A stretch of 64,000 nucleotides of DNA from Antedon mediterranea (taxonomy: Eukaryota > Animalia > Echinodermata). Below, in pieces: positions 10,712 through 24,400 of this stretch. The stretch lies in the NCBI RefSeq assembly GCF_964355755.1, contig NC_092679.1:3192201-3256200 (forward strand), written 5' to 3'. Position 1 is the first letter of the stretch; each line of letters begins with the position of its first letter. Both the position numbers and the translations under genes were made by a program. The notes below the pieces were generated by a model, which was not told the origin of the DNA, ran no database searches, and was given only the letters and a program-made list of their open reading frames with translations.

Positions 10712-12438
10712 AGCATCGATAACTTTTCACAACCTCCATGTAAAAAAAAATATTATAATAGACCTTTAAACTCGGTTTGCTAATACCCACTTGCACTCTA
10801 ATAAGTTAAGATGTCGCTCAGATTGGATAATCATTCTTTCCCTTTTCAGGGAATTTATTAGTTCAATGTATATTGAACTAATAAATTTCCTGAAAAGAGA
10901 AAGATTATAATTATTACTATGAACTGGATTTGTTTTAATATTTTTCTGGAACCTTTTAGTAAAGTACGACCTCTCCCATAGAGATAGCAAGGACGACGTA
11001 GACGCAAAGCAAGCGAATTGACCAATGACAAGCGACTCGTTCAAAAATCCATCGCTTGTGATTGGTTGGTCAAATCTTAACCCGTATTTTAACGCATTGA
11101 TAGAATACGAGGCATTAAGCTTTGGACGCAACGCAAAGGCGTACGCGTGACGTAAGTGATTTGACCAATACCAACGATGGATTATTTTGTCGCTTGTCAT
11201 TAGGGGTTAACTCGCGCCTGTGTGCGTCTACGTAAGTGTTTTCGGCTCTAGTGGGAAGCACGCTTTAGTGGAAGACGATCTGTATCTCTCTCAATGTGTC
11301 CCGGCGGCCATCACTTATCAATAATAATATTCTTAATACAAGATGTTAAAATAAGTTAATTTATGGTGATGTATTTCGATTAAAAAAGTCTATTTTTAAA
11401 GTTTCTGCTACATATGCCTATTATTCCACCCCCTCTCCCTTGGTGGTAGGCCTATATTATTAAGTGTCTCAGTGACGAGGTTTGGTCGTATCAAATGTAG
11501 GCTTCCATTTAAGACTAAGCTAGCTTTTGATTAATGATAAATTCAGGTGTTAGACTTTCTGGGGTTACAATAAACTGTCATCTAAACTGTAAACAAAACA
11601 AAAAGTGTTTATGTATCTTTATTTTCGTTCAGCTTGCATTTCGTCGACCAGGAGGCAAGTAATTTTAACGAACATACATGAAATTGAATGAATGAGACAC
11701 ACTAGCCATATTTGGCTATTAATCCAAAATCAATACGATTACCGATATGAACAGATTGCTATACACAATACTGAGGCCTTTTTGACGCAGTCGTATTTAG
11801 AGTTAATCCAGAACAATTATTGATTTATTTGTTTACAGTGCAACACTGAGTTTTATTCAACGGTTTATAGCATACGCATGAAAAAAGAAATGCCTCTACA
11901 TTGCCTGTCTTTTCTGCCGATAATAATATAATTATTACCGGTATTATTAGCCACTATAAGTTCGGCGTTTTTCCCAGATTTATTACATTTAAACTATAAG
12001 TTTGTTTTCATAATATATATAATGATATTTATTTGATGGCATTTTGCATCTGCGGCATACGTTAGACAATAAAAAAAAGAAAACTTGATTCTGAACCGAC
12101 ACTCATCATATTAGCGGCGCGCACACTTTATTAGACAAAAACTAAGAACTTTCAAGTTTTTAAAGTCTATTATTATAGAGGGCGGAAACAATTCCGACAA
12201 TCTGGAAGTAACATGAAACATTCTTACAAAGGATATAGATTAAACATTTATTTAGTCTAAAAAAACTTTAAAATAAACTTATATATAAAAATAATTTTAT
12301 TCATGTGAATTGAAATTGATTATTTTAATTATATCGATAATACACAGTTATCACAAAACGTGTACTGGAACTAAGGTCGAAGGTCATATCTCTTTGAAAC
12401 GTGAATGTGCAATTTGTGATATAAATAAGCACATCAAA

Positions 12439-15400
12439 ATGAGTTCTATTGGAACAGGTGTAAGTATATTACCTCTATTTATATCTCGAAAAAGAATGCA
12501 ATGATGTGTTCTTTGCTTAAGAATATTAATAATAATGTTTATCGCTAGGCCTAGCCCTCTACTAGCTAGGCCTGTCAATCCATCTATTTAAATATTTATC
12601 ATCCTCCCACTCACACGTCTCACCGTGTTCGGTAAGACGGTAACCCGGTTAGGCATAGCTTACGTTATATAGGCCCTAGTGTCACTTTTTAAACGTAAAG
12701 GAGGAGCAGAACATCATAATATTACTAGATAGGCCTTTCTTTGGTGGAATAAATGTAGGCCTAGGCTATCCTATCTATGCCTAGCCTAGCTAGGCCTCGT
12801 TTTCGAAATAAAATAAAATGTTTCCATTCATTCAATCAAAAATAAGTCAAATGACGAATGCATATTATTAAATTATTATTCATTATTTAAATTAATTATT
12901 ATAAAAATAGGCCCAGTCTAGTAGTATAGACTATAGTAGCTAGGCCTAGCCCTAATTAAATAATAAGTAAGGCTATTATATGTATGTCTAATCAGATAAT
13001 TCCTCCATCCATGTCTATAATAAATAATGCAAGCATGTCTTTAGGATTACCAATATTTTGTTATTTATCGGCACGGTTGACACTGTGCCATTGCATTATC
13101 ATTATGTTGCCATTGTTGTTGACTGCCAACCAATACAATACAAAATGGTCACTTTATAAATTTGAAATAAAAACAAATCAAACTTTTCGTTTTGTAGTAT
13201 GATCTTTCAGCCTCCCAGTTTTCACCGGATGGCCGTATTTTTCAAGTAGAATATGCTATCAAAGCAGTGGAAAACAGCGGGACAGCCGTGAGTCTTCGCT
13301 GTAAAGATGGTGTAGTTTTTGCTGTAGAAAAGTTAGTTAAATCGAAGCTCTATGAATCTGGAGCAAATCAAAGAATCTTTAATGTTGACAGGCATATAGG
13401 AATGGTAAGCAAATTACTACTTTTAGGTACTTCCGATTCATGTCAGACCTTCCTTCCCAGTCTCCCAATAATCGAGGGAGTTTTCCAATATTTTGAGGCA
13501 CCTCCTGTCTTCTGCTAAAGGTGCAATTTTTCTTTTTCGTTTTTAAATCTTTTTTTTCTTTTTCTTTTTTTTTTCTTTTTATCTTATTTCAATTCATATG
13601 GAACAAATCAACAGTTCAACTGGAAATCATTTGTCACAGGACAAAAGTACATCGACAAAGTCCACAGAAACAAATTACAAACATTTCTTAATTTTGAATT
13701 TAAATAAAAATAAACAATATTAAAGAAAATATCAATAGTGGAGTCAAAGGCAATTTATGAAAAAAAATGTCAATTTATTAATTATTATTCAGACTCTACT
13801 ACTTGGCTCTAGAATTACCTAGTTATAATCAGCCTATGCCACACCAAACAAAAAAATCACCTGGCATAAACCCATATTTGACTATAAATGCTGATGCTGA
13901 TAAAATAGCCCCCTCTATGATTTAATATATTTTACAAGCCTTCATATTGTTTGGCCATGCTTTCATATTAGTAATTAATTTTTTTATTTTTTTTTTCACG
14001 CAGGCTGTTGCAGGACTTTTATCAGATGCTCGTCAGGTTAGTAAATTAAAATGTATAAATTACAGTTCAAATAAATAAATTAATGTGTTTATGGAGTTCT
14101 AATAGAACTTAAAAAGGTGAGAAAATACATATATCACAATTTGTTATGTTTCTGTATTATTTATTAACTTGTCCACAGGTTTGTGAAGTTTCTAGAGATG
14201 AAGCAGCACATTATAGAACAACATATGGATCATCAGTCCCATTAAAGGTAAATGGGACCAGAATATATATATATTAATTAATATTAATAAGTATCATAAT
14301 AATTAGACCAAAATAGATTGTATAATGTATTAACACTTATTATGATTGAACAATTAATATACAATTCAAGATATTGAAAAAATAAAAATTTTAACATTTA
14401 ATTTTGATCTGGGTGAAATAAATTATTTGTTGAAAATAATTTCCAGAAACTTGTGGAAAGTGTGGCTGGATACGTACATGCATACACGTTGTTTGGATAT
14501 GCCAGGCCGTTTGGTTGCAGGTTTGTTCAGGCTTTTTAGTAAATATAGTAGCCCCAATTGTAGTAAATATTAGTAGCCCCAATTGTAGTAACTAATAGTA
14601 GCCCCAGTTGTAGTAAATATTAGCCCCATCTTTAGTAAATATAGTAGCCCCAATTTCAATATTTGTCATTTTTACAATCATTATTTTATTTTCTAGTGTG
14701 ATGTATGGATGTTTTGATAAAAATGGACCAAAATTATACATGGTAGACCCTTCTGGCGTGTCATACGTAAGTATATGATATATTTGTTTATGTATAATTT
14801 TAAACAAAATTAAAGAATGACCCTTTTGATTGATTTGTAGGTCTGTCAAATTTAAATATAATTAACGGTGAGTATAATTTGAGTATTGTAAAGTATGTAA
14901 CAGCAGTGTTTAATTAATTATATAATAATCATTAATAATGATTAAATTTATTTTAAATCTTTTTCTTTTAACCAATAGGGTTACTTCGGTTGCGCCATAG
15001 GAAAAGCAAAACAGACAGCGAAAACAGAAATAGAGAAACTGCTCACGGCTGATAAACACATCAAAGACATGACATGCCGTGATGCAATCAAAGAAGCTGC
15101 TAAAATGTAAGCAAGTATACTCACTCTAGTATAACCCTATCTATGTGTGGGATTATAACCGAGGACCAGAATCCAGATCTCTTAACTCTCCCGATAATTG
15201 CCGAAGGTCCCCGATATTTCGAGGCAACATCCTTGTGCCTGCTAAAGGTTCAATTTCCTCCAATCCTTAAGTGTATGGGAAAAAAAACACAATTTATTTA
15301 TGTACATTTACCTTTAATGCACTTCTACTAGGCCCTAGTTGGTTAAATCTACTTTGTGGAGGTTTTCATCTCTGTCAGTTGGTTTAAAATAAAATAAAGG

Positions 15401-16463
15401 TGAAAAATAATGTGTTTCCATTTTTGCCTTTGCTTCGTCTGGAAAATAACATTGTTTACTATAGGAGCAAATGCATCAGTTTTTAATAGCACCCTTTCAT
15501 TTCATTTCATTTATTTATTTGACCAACAAAACATAATATACAATGTACAAAGATGAATTGGTCAGGGACTGCTAAAGTAATACGATTACTGAACTACAAG
15601 AGTCAGCAGTCCCATGATCTTAACTAAAATAAATACTGTATATAATTTTATAAACAAATAAAGAATAGCACCCTCTATAGTTTGATGTCTTTAAAACTTT
15701 ATAGCTCTCTCTATAGCTTTCATAAATTCTCCTTTACTATTTTAAAAGTTTTGTATGTTTTTCTATGTATTTATTTTTCTTCCTATGTAGTATTTATGCT
15801 GTTCATGATGAAGTTAAGGATAAAGCTTTTGAATTAGAGTTGAGTTGGGTAGGAGAGGTTAGCAATGGTATTCATAAGATGGTGCCTAAAGATGTCGCTG
15901 CAGAAGCTGAGAAATGCGCTAAGGTAATATACTAAACACTGTTTCCATTGGCGTAATGGCTATGAGCGCTCACTGGCTATCTCAAGGGGCCCCAGGGATC
16001 AAGGGGCCCCAGTGCTGGAGGTACCCTTAGGAGTGCTAAACTAGGGGCCGCTCACTGGCTATCTCCAGAGGCCCCCCAGGGATCAAGGGGCCCCAGTGCT
16101 GGAGGTCCCCTTAGGAGTGCTAAACTAGGGGCCTTTGCCCTGTGCGTTACGCCACTGCACTGTTCTGGTTGAGTAAACAAAATTAAAAGAAAACATTTGT
16201 TTTTTATTCTCTCATTTATTAAGTTACTGTTGTAAAAAAAAAAACATTTGTTGCTGCAGTAGAACTATTTTGATACATTGTACGTGTTTGAAAAATTTTA
16301 AAATTAAATTGAATTGAGAGTTATTATGAGAGAGCACTAGGTTCGTATGCAGAGGGTACACATTCCTTACTCTTGCACGTTATAAATTAAACTTACAAAA
16401 TTATTTTTTAATTTTTAGGAGTCGTTGGCAGAGTCGTCAAGTTCTGAAGATGAAGAAACATAA
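12439..16463 (+). CDS. PSMA3: Proteasome subunit alpha type-3 (alpha7)
   Basis: Exons 12439-12459, 13198-13404, 14004-14036, 14179-14247, 14447-14520, 14697-14766, 14979-15106, 15791-15923 and 16419-16463 give [36 protein letters not shown]...[15 protein letters not shown]...[19 protein letters not shown]...[14 protein letters not shown]. Confidence 0.97.
14535..14655. repeat. Minisatellite, about 24-bp unit x5, in PSMA3 intron
   Basis: Repeated tagtaaatat(t)agtagccccaattg. Confidence 0.85.
15946..16157. mobile_element. hAT-like MITE with internal about 80-bp direct repeat
   Basis: Termini cattggcgtaa / ttacgccactg; flanks cactgtttc / cactgttc (8-bp TSD with a 1-bp slip); internal cgctcactggctatctc...ggagtgctaaactaggggcc occurs twice. 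Confidence 0.7.
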
Positions 16464-17114
16464 ACAAGTTTGGTATCTAATTTTTCTAGATAAAATATGT
16501 AAAAACATTTTCTTTGTCCGACGGTGAAAACTGCACCATAATATTGTGCTTATGTAATGTACTTTCAGTTTTCAATCGAATTTAAGTTTATTTCAAACAA
16601 TTATTTGTACAAGCAACATTTCGTCGGTAACGCCACAATAAGGCAGTTATGTGGCTACAGGCACTAGGAGCGTGAAATAGATTTGTGTTTTCATAAAAAA
16701 ATACTAATGTTTAGCCATAACATACTACAGTAGTTCATTAATTAACAAGATTAGAATGAACCGTTTAATTGCCAAATTATCTACGTTTGTAAGCGTGAAA
16801 ATAAACTTTCTAAATTATACATTTCTTGAAGCTAAAATGATGTGTTTTTTGGCTACTAAACCGTGTTTTTCGCGAAACGTATGTATCAAACAACTACACA
16901 GTTAATATCACTTTGTGTCGTCACTAGCATGTTAATTATATTACCGATACATAAATTGAAATTGTGGGACAAACTAAGCGTCAAGACTAGGCTATGTTAA
17001 CGAAAAAAAGGTTTAAATTCTTATTTATGGAATTAAAATGAGAGACCAGTGTTTGCGATTTCTTCATAAGTTTCAGTAAATTTGAATTTATTTGTATTTT
17101 TTAATAAAGCAAAT

Positions 17115-17380
17115 CGAGTATTCTAGTGTCAACATTTGTTTGCCCTTTAATTCAATACATACAGTAGTAATCTAACTAAATTCATGATATTTAATATTAA
17201 TTCAAGCATTCTAGTTTAAAAATTTGTAAATTTGTTTGCCCTTTAAATCAATACATACAGTAGTAATCTAACTAAATTCATAATATTGAATATTAATTCA
17301 AGCATTCTAGTTTAAAAATTAGTAAATTTGTTTATGCAATTCAACACATGCACAGTAATCTGGCTAAATTCATAATATTC
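17115..17380. repeat. Tandem repeat, about 96-bp unit x2.5
   Basis: atttgtttgccctttaa..caatacatacagtagtaatctaactaaattcat at about 17134 and 17230, with a decayed third copy. Confidence 0.8.
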
Positions 17381-18434
17381 ATTCATAACATGTCGTGATT
17401 TAACATTTGGTTCTTTTTGATCTTTCATCATCAGGAATAACAATAATACAGGAAGCAGATAATAATAATCAGTATGCAAATAAGGATTGATAATAGTATA
17501 GAAGGCATAAGAAAATCAAAACAAAAGGGTAGCTGATAGACAAACAAAAGTCATATAAACAGCTTTTAACTCCTTTAAATGCTCTCAAACCACAATTTAT
17601 AAAAACTGTACTACAGTAAGGCTATGGACAGTATTATTTATTTCTTTATAAATAATATTTAAAATCATTTAATTAATTTGAAACTACAAAGGAATCTGTG
17701 AGAATAAGAAAAAGTCACCCCAACCAAGATTCAAACTTGAATTCTGAAAATTATTATGTTTTATACTGTCGCCCTGTTTTTGCATAGTTATCTCTCTAGT
17801 TTAACTCTATGTATTTTGTTCCCATCAGTCGTATATCATCAACATTATCATAATATTTTTACGGTATAAAATAACCACAATGTAACATTTTTCTATAAAC
17901 ATTTATTAAAATAAAATCAAGTCTTTGCAGTACTATTTATAACAACACATTACCTGATTATTTTTTTGTAAAATACAATGTTATCATTATATATTATTAA
18001 CCAGTCTAAAAATGTCCATGTTAAGGTAAAATTAAACTCTTAAATATTTCTCTGATTTAATATCAAGGTTATGTTTAAATATTTAAAACAAAAATGAAAT
18101 ACAATTTAACTGGATGGGAAATTTGTTATGGTCACACATTTTAAAATAAACTTTACTGTAAATTGTTTTATCGATTTAGAAAAAACATCAAAATACTACT
18201 AGTTAAAATATAAAATGATTTGACAGTTTTAAATTGTCACAGTCATGTTTTTTTTAAATGCATAAATATAAATTGAAAAATGTTAAAACTAGTTATCATA
18301 AAAAAATAAAGGTTAAAATATAGAAAAATGGAATATAAAAAGTATTTACACATATTTACATTTCCTTTACATAGTACCTTGTGTTATGGAAAAAATTGTC
18401 TTTTATTTAGATCTTCTTCTGTAGCAATTAGAGT

Positions 18435-21400
18435 TTATATATTTCTAGATTTTGATTTGACATGTCTTGATCGTTTTGCGCTTCTATATGGACTTTTCGT
18501 CCTATTTATAATAACTGATTGCGTTGACGAAAGCAGCTCCATCACACCGGGGGCGGTGAAAATTCTGAAACCAGTTAAGACGGACCTTGCACCAACTGAA
18601 GCATGCGTGATCATTGAAACAACTTCGGGACCGCTGAAGAAGTCTTCTTCGTCGCTGAAGAAGTCTTCTTCGTCGCTGAAGAAGTCTTCTTCGTCGCTGA
18701 AGAAGTCTTCTTCGTCGCTGAAGAAGTCTTCTTCGTCGTCTTCATCAAAACTATCGGAGGAATCACTTTCGTTGAGGTCGTCTTCATCCGAGTCATCCAA
18801 GAAATCAGAACGCATGCCGAGGACATTTATTGTTGTGTCTAAAAAAAAAATTTGAGAATAATAATTAGCATGGTTAAATGAGAATGAAACAAGTGTTACA
18901 AATTAATAGAAAAAATGATTGAACAAATAGAAACAAAACAAATGAATAGCATTTAAAAAATTTTTGTCCAATTAAATTAATTTTTAAAAAACATGATTAG
19001 TATTGAATGTACAGTGAACAAAAAGGGCAAAATGTATGATGGTAATTGATTCTATGGTGAGAAAAATAAAGTCATTAAAATGTATCGATATTTAAAAATG
19101 TATTTGACATTTCATTCAAATATAATTATATATATATATATTTTATCTGTATTTTTTTGTTAACCGTTTGGATCAGGTGCCGTTTTCGGCCACCTCGACT
19201 TGTATGGACTATACCATTATAAAAAGATGGGAAAATAGGGTTGTCCCATTTATTAATTGAGTGTGTTAATGTGTTAAAATACTGCTGCTTTTGTTCTTTT
19301 GTTTAGTGCATTTGTTTCAGCATGGAGGTATTTATACCTCCATGGTTTCAGCAACAAAGGGAAAACAACTACGCCCTGCAATTAATTAACGCCCAAGAAT
19401 TAATTGCAGTTTTCAAGTTAATACAGTATATTATGGCTCTTTATTTCTATATATTTTTTTAGTTATCCATCCCTAATATAGATATATTAGGTGGATTCCC
19501 TAAGGTGGATATTGAATAATTTTTATGGATTTATAGATATAGAAAGTATATAAAGAAATTAGTTTTTATTCCAGTTAAAAATAAAAAATATAATTTATCT
19601 AACGATAACACAGTAGCAAATTTTATAAAGATGATAGTAGTACATTTAATAAGATCTAGCACACACCACTGATTATTAGGTAATCAGTAAAACAAATAAC
19701 ATTATAATTATGTCAATAATCTGTAACAGAACGTTTGTAAAACGTAATCGAAACATTTGAAATTGCGTGTTTTTAGGTGTGGTTTTTCTAAAACGTTTCT
19801 GTGAAATACATGTTCTAAATGAACAACGTTTGCATCAAAACGTTATAATAACGAATGTAAAACAGAGATGATAATGTCCCCATGAAGAGGGTGATTAGTG
19901 TCTTCCAATATAGCATGGAATACATCGGTAAGCCGTTCGCTGTAGACAACAATTACTTTCCCCGCTCTACCCAGCACCTTCTCAATTTGTTCTTTATCTC
20001 CCTTACATGCCTTACTGATATTCCCAGCCCAACATACAATATCCTCAAATAGAACATCACTGATTAGTAAACAAAACATTCTATAGTACAAATATCCTGC
20101 TTTACCCCAAACGAACCGAGTTTCCTCAAACAGTACAGCCTTGTATTTAACTTCTTAACTATATGGTCAACATGTCCACCCATTTAAGCTTTAGTCAAAC
20201 ACTACTCCAGATACTTATAATTGTTAGCAATCTCTACTTCCTTTCCTTTAATTATTGTATACTGTCAGACCAATATTATCTTTTCGAAAATCAATCTGTA
20301 GTTATTGTGGCAACAATTTTCTTGAAGAAATAAGGATTGATTGAATAATCGTTGTTATAAGTCCACCTATAGCCGAGTCGTCTTAAACAAAAATACATAA
20401 ATTATGTCGTCAATGAATCTGTTACCATTTTGTATCTGTATCTACAATCGTTTCATTAAATATTAAATGTAAATGTATCAGGTGATCAGTAAAGCAAACA
20501 TACATATAATTACGTCAATGAATCTGTTACCATTTTGTTTCTGACATTCGTTTCTTGGGTTTTAATCCATGTTGGGATTTATCCCTTGCAAATAAAAAAT
20601 ATGATTTATCTACCGATAGGATTGGGCCGATTAGAATGCATTTGCCAACATTCTTTTACATATTTCACAACATTATAGAGTGTAGCTATAATTTAACCGA
20701 TTGTAATGTAGTATTTTTAGGATATTTTAATATCGATTGTACTGTAGCTAGTATTTAAATTTTTTTTAAATATATGTTTTGATTCCGATTGTACTGTAGT
20801 ATTTAGTTTAGTTGTATTGTACTTGTAGTTTAAAATGTTTTAATTCTGATTGTACTGTATTGTTGTAGTATTTAAGATTTTCTAATTTTGAATCCGATTG
20901 TACTAACATTTAATGTGTTTAAATCTAGATAGGCATAACATAGTATTTAATATATTTAATTTTGATTATACTGTAGTGTTTAGTTTAGATATATAGTAGG
21001 TCTATTAAGTACAGAAGTATACCTACTTATATATGGTTAATATAATAATATAATACATTTATTGTTAAAAAATCTTGGCACTCCGTAACACAGTACAAAA
21101 AAAGTACATGCTTACTAGTTTTTGTTCTGTATTGTTCCTTGTAGTTTGTACTGTAGGTTACATAACAGAACAATTGTATTGTCTTCCCATTCAATAGACA
21201 CCCTTCTCTACATAAAACACCACACCCCTATCATAATAATAGTATAGTCCATATAAGTCGAGGTGGCTGAAAACGGCACCTGATCCCAGGCGTACTTACT
21301 CATTATAAGTATGTGGTTGAATGTTTCATCGTCTGTCAGACGGCTCATTGCCGTTGTTGGACGTCGTGCAGGCAGCCTACGCTGGCTTTCGTTGTTTCGT

Positions 21401-21441
21401 GCAGTTTGCGATCGTGTTCGTTGGCTATTCGATTCAGACAT
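18435..21441 (-). CDS. Two-exon orphan gene, 181-aa acidic low-complexity protein with SDEEDFF repeats
   Basis: Exon 1 21441-21300 (aacaaaATG, ends atg a|gtaagt) joins in phase 1 to exon 2 18838-18435 (T10-ag acceptor), linking two ORF-track ORFs in frame: MSESNSQRTRSQ...FNHILIMNTTINVLGMRSDFLDDSDEDD...(SDEEDFF)n SGPE...KSKSRNI*. CCAAT motifs lie upstream. Confidence 0.62.
18633..18740. repeat. 21-bp coding tandem repeat x5
   Basis: (gctgaagaagtcttcttcgtc)n, perfect units. Confidence 0.95.
19170..21286. mobile_element. 2.1-kb element bounded by about 50-bp inverted repeats, filling most of the orphan gene intron
   Basis: ggatcaggtgccgttttcggccacctcgacttgtatggactatac at 19170 versus gtatagtccatataagtcgaggtggctgaaaacggcacctgatcc ending at 21286; no clear TSD. 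Confidence 0.6.
19875..20300 (-). mobile_element. Degenerate LINE reverse-transcriptase C-terminal fragment (Rex1/Babar- or CR1-group-like)
   Basis: Minus-strand translation with frameshifts: IDFRK...KEVEIANNYKYL.VVFD...KKLNTRLYCLRKLGSFGV...IVCWAGNISK...IEKVLGRAGKVI. Confidence 0.75.
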
Positions 21442-24400
21442 TTTGTTAAACAAAATCCAATAAAAACTTTTCAATAAATATTGCTGATAAAATTGAACGT
21501 AATGTTGCAGTAAAACTCGAATAAAAAGTGATACATCTAACTGTCGGGTGCTGCTAAATATCTTATCTAAAGTTTTCTCAGCTATCCAATCAGATATCAC
21601 GATATTCTTAGTAATATGTACTCGCATTTGATTGGTCGTCTTACCAAAGTTTGTGCCCGACAGTGATTTTCTTGCTTTCTTTGATTGGTCCGCTCGTGTG
21701 TTAAGGCGTGGCTTTTGACCGGTGTCACTTAATGCACTCGCTAGATTACAGAGTTCTTTGATGTTACCGAATCGCTGACGGACACTAGCCTGATTTTTGA
21801 CAGCTTGTAAAACAACTTGATAACAATTTGAAAGAATAATTTTCATGTTTTTGACCATGGAGAATTATTTCTCCATCATGTTTTGACGATCAGATCCCTA
21901 CGATTAATTAATATACATACATTTTTTAAACAAATTATTTCTGCAACCTGTATACTGTCAGTATTCCTGTAACTGTATACTAAACAAGAAATATTTCTTA
22001 CAAAAAACGCTGCTCGCTTATTGAAAAATATTTTTTATTTCAAATGTTTTTGAATGTGTCATTTTATTGTCACATAATAGATAGTTATTTTACCTGAAAA
22101 AATGTAATTTAAAGCAACAAATACTTAAATTGTCTGTCAGACAATGGTTTTTGGGTTTCTTTTCATTTTTTATATGTGAATAAATATTACTTTTTTGTTA
22201 CAGAAGTGAATACTCAATTTCTGTCACTTTAGTTAATTTTATTGCTAAGGTCAAATCTGGGGGTCACTTCATCACCCTAGATATTTCAATTGTGAAGTAT
22301 CCTATTACAAACACAAACTTTAATGGACTGTTTCGATAATAATTCAATGAATATCTGACACTGACAGTGAATATAGGGATTTGTAATTTTAGCATGACAT
22401 GTCCTAATAGACTCTTTCCCAGCCGTTTTTTGGGTCTACTGTAGCAGCTGGAATCAATAAATCATAGTGGAGTTTCCATTTTCACAAAACTGTCTGTCCT
22501 TAGAACTATAACTGCTGCTTGCTTTAGCTTCTGATTGAGTAGTCCTAATGGGACGTAGCGGGCTAGAGCAGCAGCGTGAAAATACAATTTGGTTTTTTTT
22601 TCGAATCCATCTCATACGTCATACATAAAACAGTCAGAGCAAAAACATTTGAGTGTAACATTGTTCACTTTGACGAAAAAAAAGATCGAAAATTTAACGC
22701 GAAAATAGTCAAATTAACTGGAAGTCAATGGGTTTTTAGTTGAATATAACGGTTTATTTTGTCCTTTTCTACATAAGTGATTTACCTTATTAAAAGCCTA
22801 TTCGAACGTCTTTTTCTATTATTCTTCATTTTTAATGTTTTTTCGGGGACAATACATTTTTAATTCGTTGATTTGAGCCAATATTTATTATTCGTCGTGC
22901 ATTCGAATGTGTCTCGATCGCAAATTTAAAATCGCATTTTTTCCGAGAGACATTACCCAGATATAGGTCTTTAGTCGCATTTTGGTGGTGGTCCTCAACA
23001 AAGGTCAGTCTGCTTTGTATCTCCATGGGCTAATTTTTGGGTTATTGACCAACACGTCGTCAGGTTGGGAGAATTTACGACCGTACGTCGTCACTGAGGA
23101 GACTGATGAAGGCGGAGTCTAATAAATCATAGGCACACTTGTTGAATACATTGTTAACATTCCAATACGATTAGCAACACAAATTAAAAATCTTCCCATC
23201 AATTGAAATAACAACAAAATAAACTGAATGTTTATTAGTTTTTTTAATTAACAAATAAATGAATGCTAAGTAAGTAGAGTCGTGGGAAAGTAAAGTTGTT
23301 TGTAGATCAGAGAAGAGTGAAATTAATTTTCTACTTTCTTCCTTGTGTAGATTAGAGCATGGAGGTATAGAATAAATAGAGGAATTATCTACAGTAAGTA
23401 AAATAATTCTTATATGGATCAGAAAAGAGTATAGCTCTACACTATCAAATTTTATGTGACAACACCCAACACAAGATGCCTGCAAACCCTGACCTTAATT
23501 ATATCATGGAGAATTATTTCTTATATCATTATTTATTGCATTGTTGTACTATATTTAGAGTCTCTAGATAAATGTTTTGAAACTTGAGAAATACATTTTC
23601 CATGCCTAATGGGCCTATATATTATATAGGACGTATTATCAGGGACTAAATTAACCCCTCTTCCCTGATTATAAACGCATAAGCCGAGATTCATCGAAAT
23701 TTATGTTTAAAAGCATTAATTGTAGTGTGCCAAAAAAATACGTTTAAAAAGGAAATAGAGATATTATTAAGAAAAGCGGCATCCAGAGAAATTCTCGGTT
23801 GAGAAGATTTCATCGAATGAATCAGTTCAAAGGCGATTTGCCGACATTTGTAGATTTTCTTATCTTGATCTGTAATGGTGCTACCACTGGAAACTAATTA
23901 AAAGGAAAACATTAACAAATTATAATGTTATTATAAATATTAGGATTGATACACCACCGATTGATTTATCCAAATAAAGTTATTAATAATAATAATAATA
24001 ATAATAATATCAATAATAATATACTATTATTTATTTTGATCGACACTTTTAAACAGTGGCACACATACGTAGATGGTGCGTCCATACAATTTATACAAAA
24101 TTTGAACAACACGATTATTTAAAAACTATACAAAACAATAGAAAATAAAACTGAAACTAAAACATTTTTGTCATATTTGATTAGGAACTTTCGTGCACAG
24201 CTTAAATTTTGAGGGGTAAAATTTTGCATAATTACTCAACGTATATTATATGATATTAATATAAACTATAATATCTCTATGCTCGACGTTATTACAAAAC
24301 ATTTTTTTTTATTTTACAAAAACTATAATAAACAGTAAAAAATTAAAATAACACAACTACTAATTTACAACGGCAAAGAAAAAAACACACATACAACATT

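Larger units (their letters stand above)
6338..11124 (+). repeat. Tandem segmental duplication, copy 2 (contains knottin gene B and extra insertions)
   Basis: Colinear with 3159-6326; longer mainly because of three TTAA-flanked insertions. Confidence 0.92.

Noticed and set aside
18328-18855. Plus-strand 175-aa ORF with LKKSSSS repeats (and minus-strand KKTSSAT ORF)
   Set aside because: Alternative readings of the 21-bp repeat; only the SDEEDFF frame is supported by an in-phase donor and acceptor.
21442-21858. Upstream part of the 216-aa minus-strand ORF
   Set aside because: Overlaps CCAAT-containing promoter-like DNA; the internal aacaaaATG at 21441 is the better start. It cannot be fully excluded.
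23670-23900. Possible minus-strand exon (…TITDQDKKIYKCRQIAFELIHSMK…)
   Set aside because: An acceptor-like site is present but there is no partner exon or recognisable homology.
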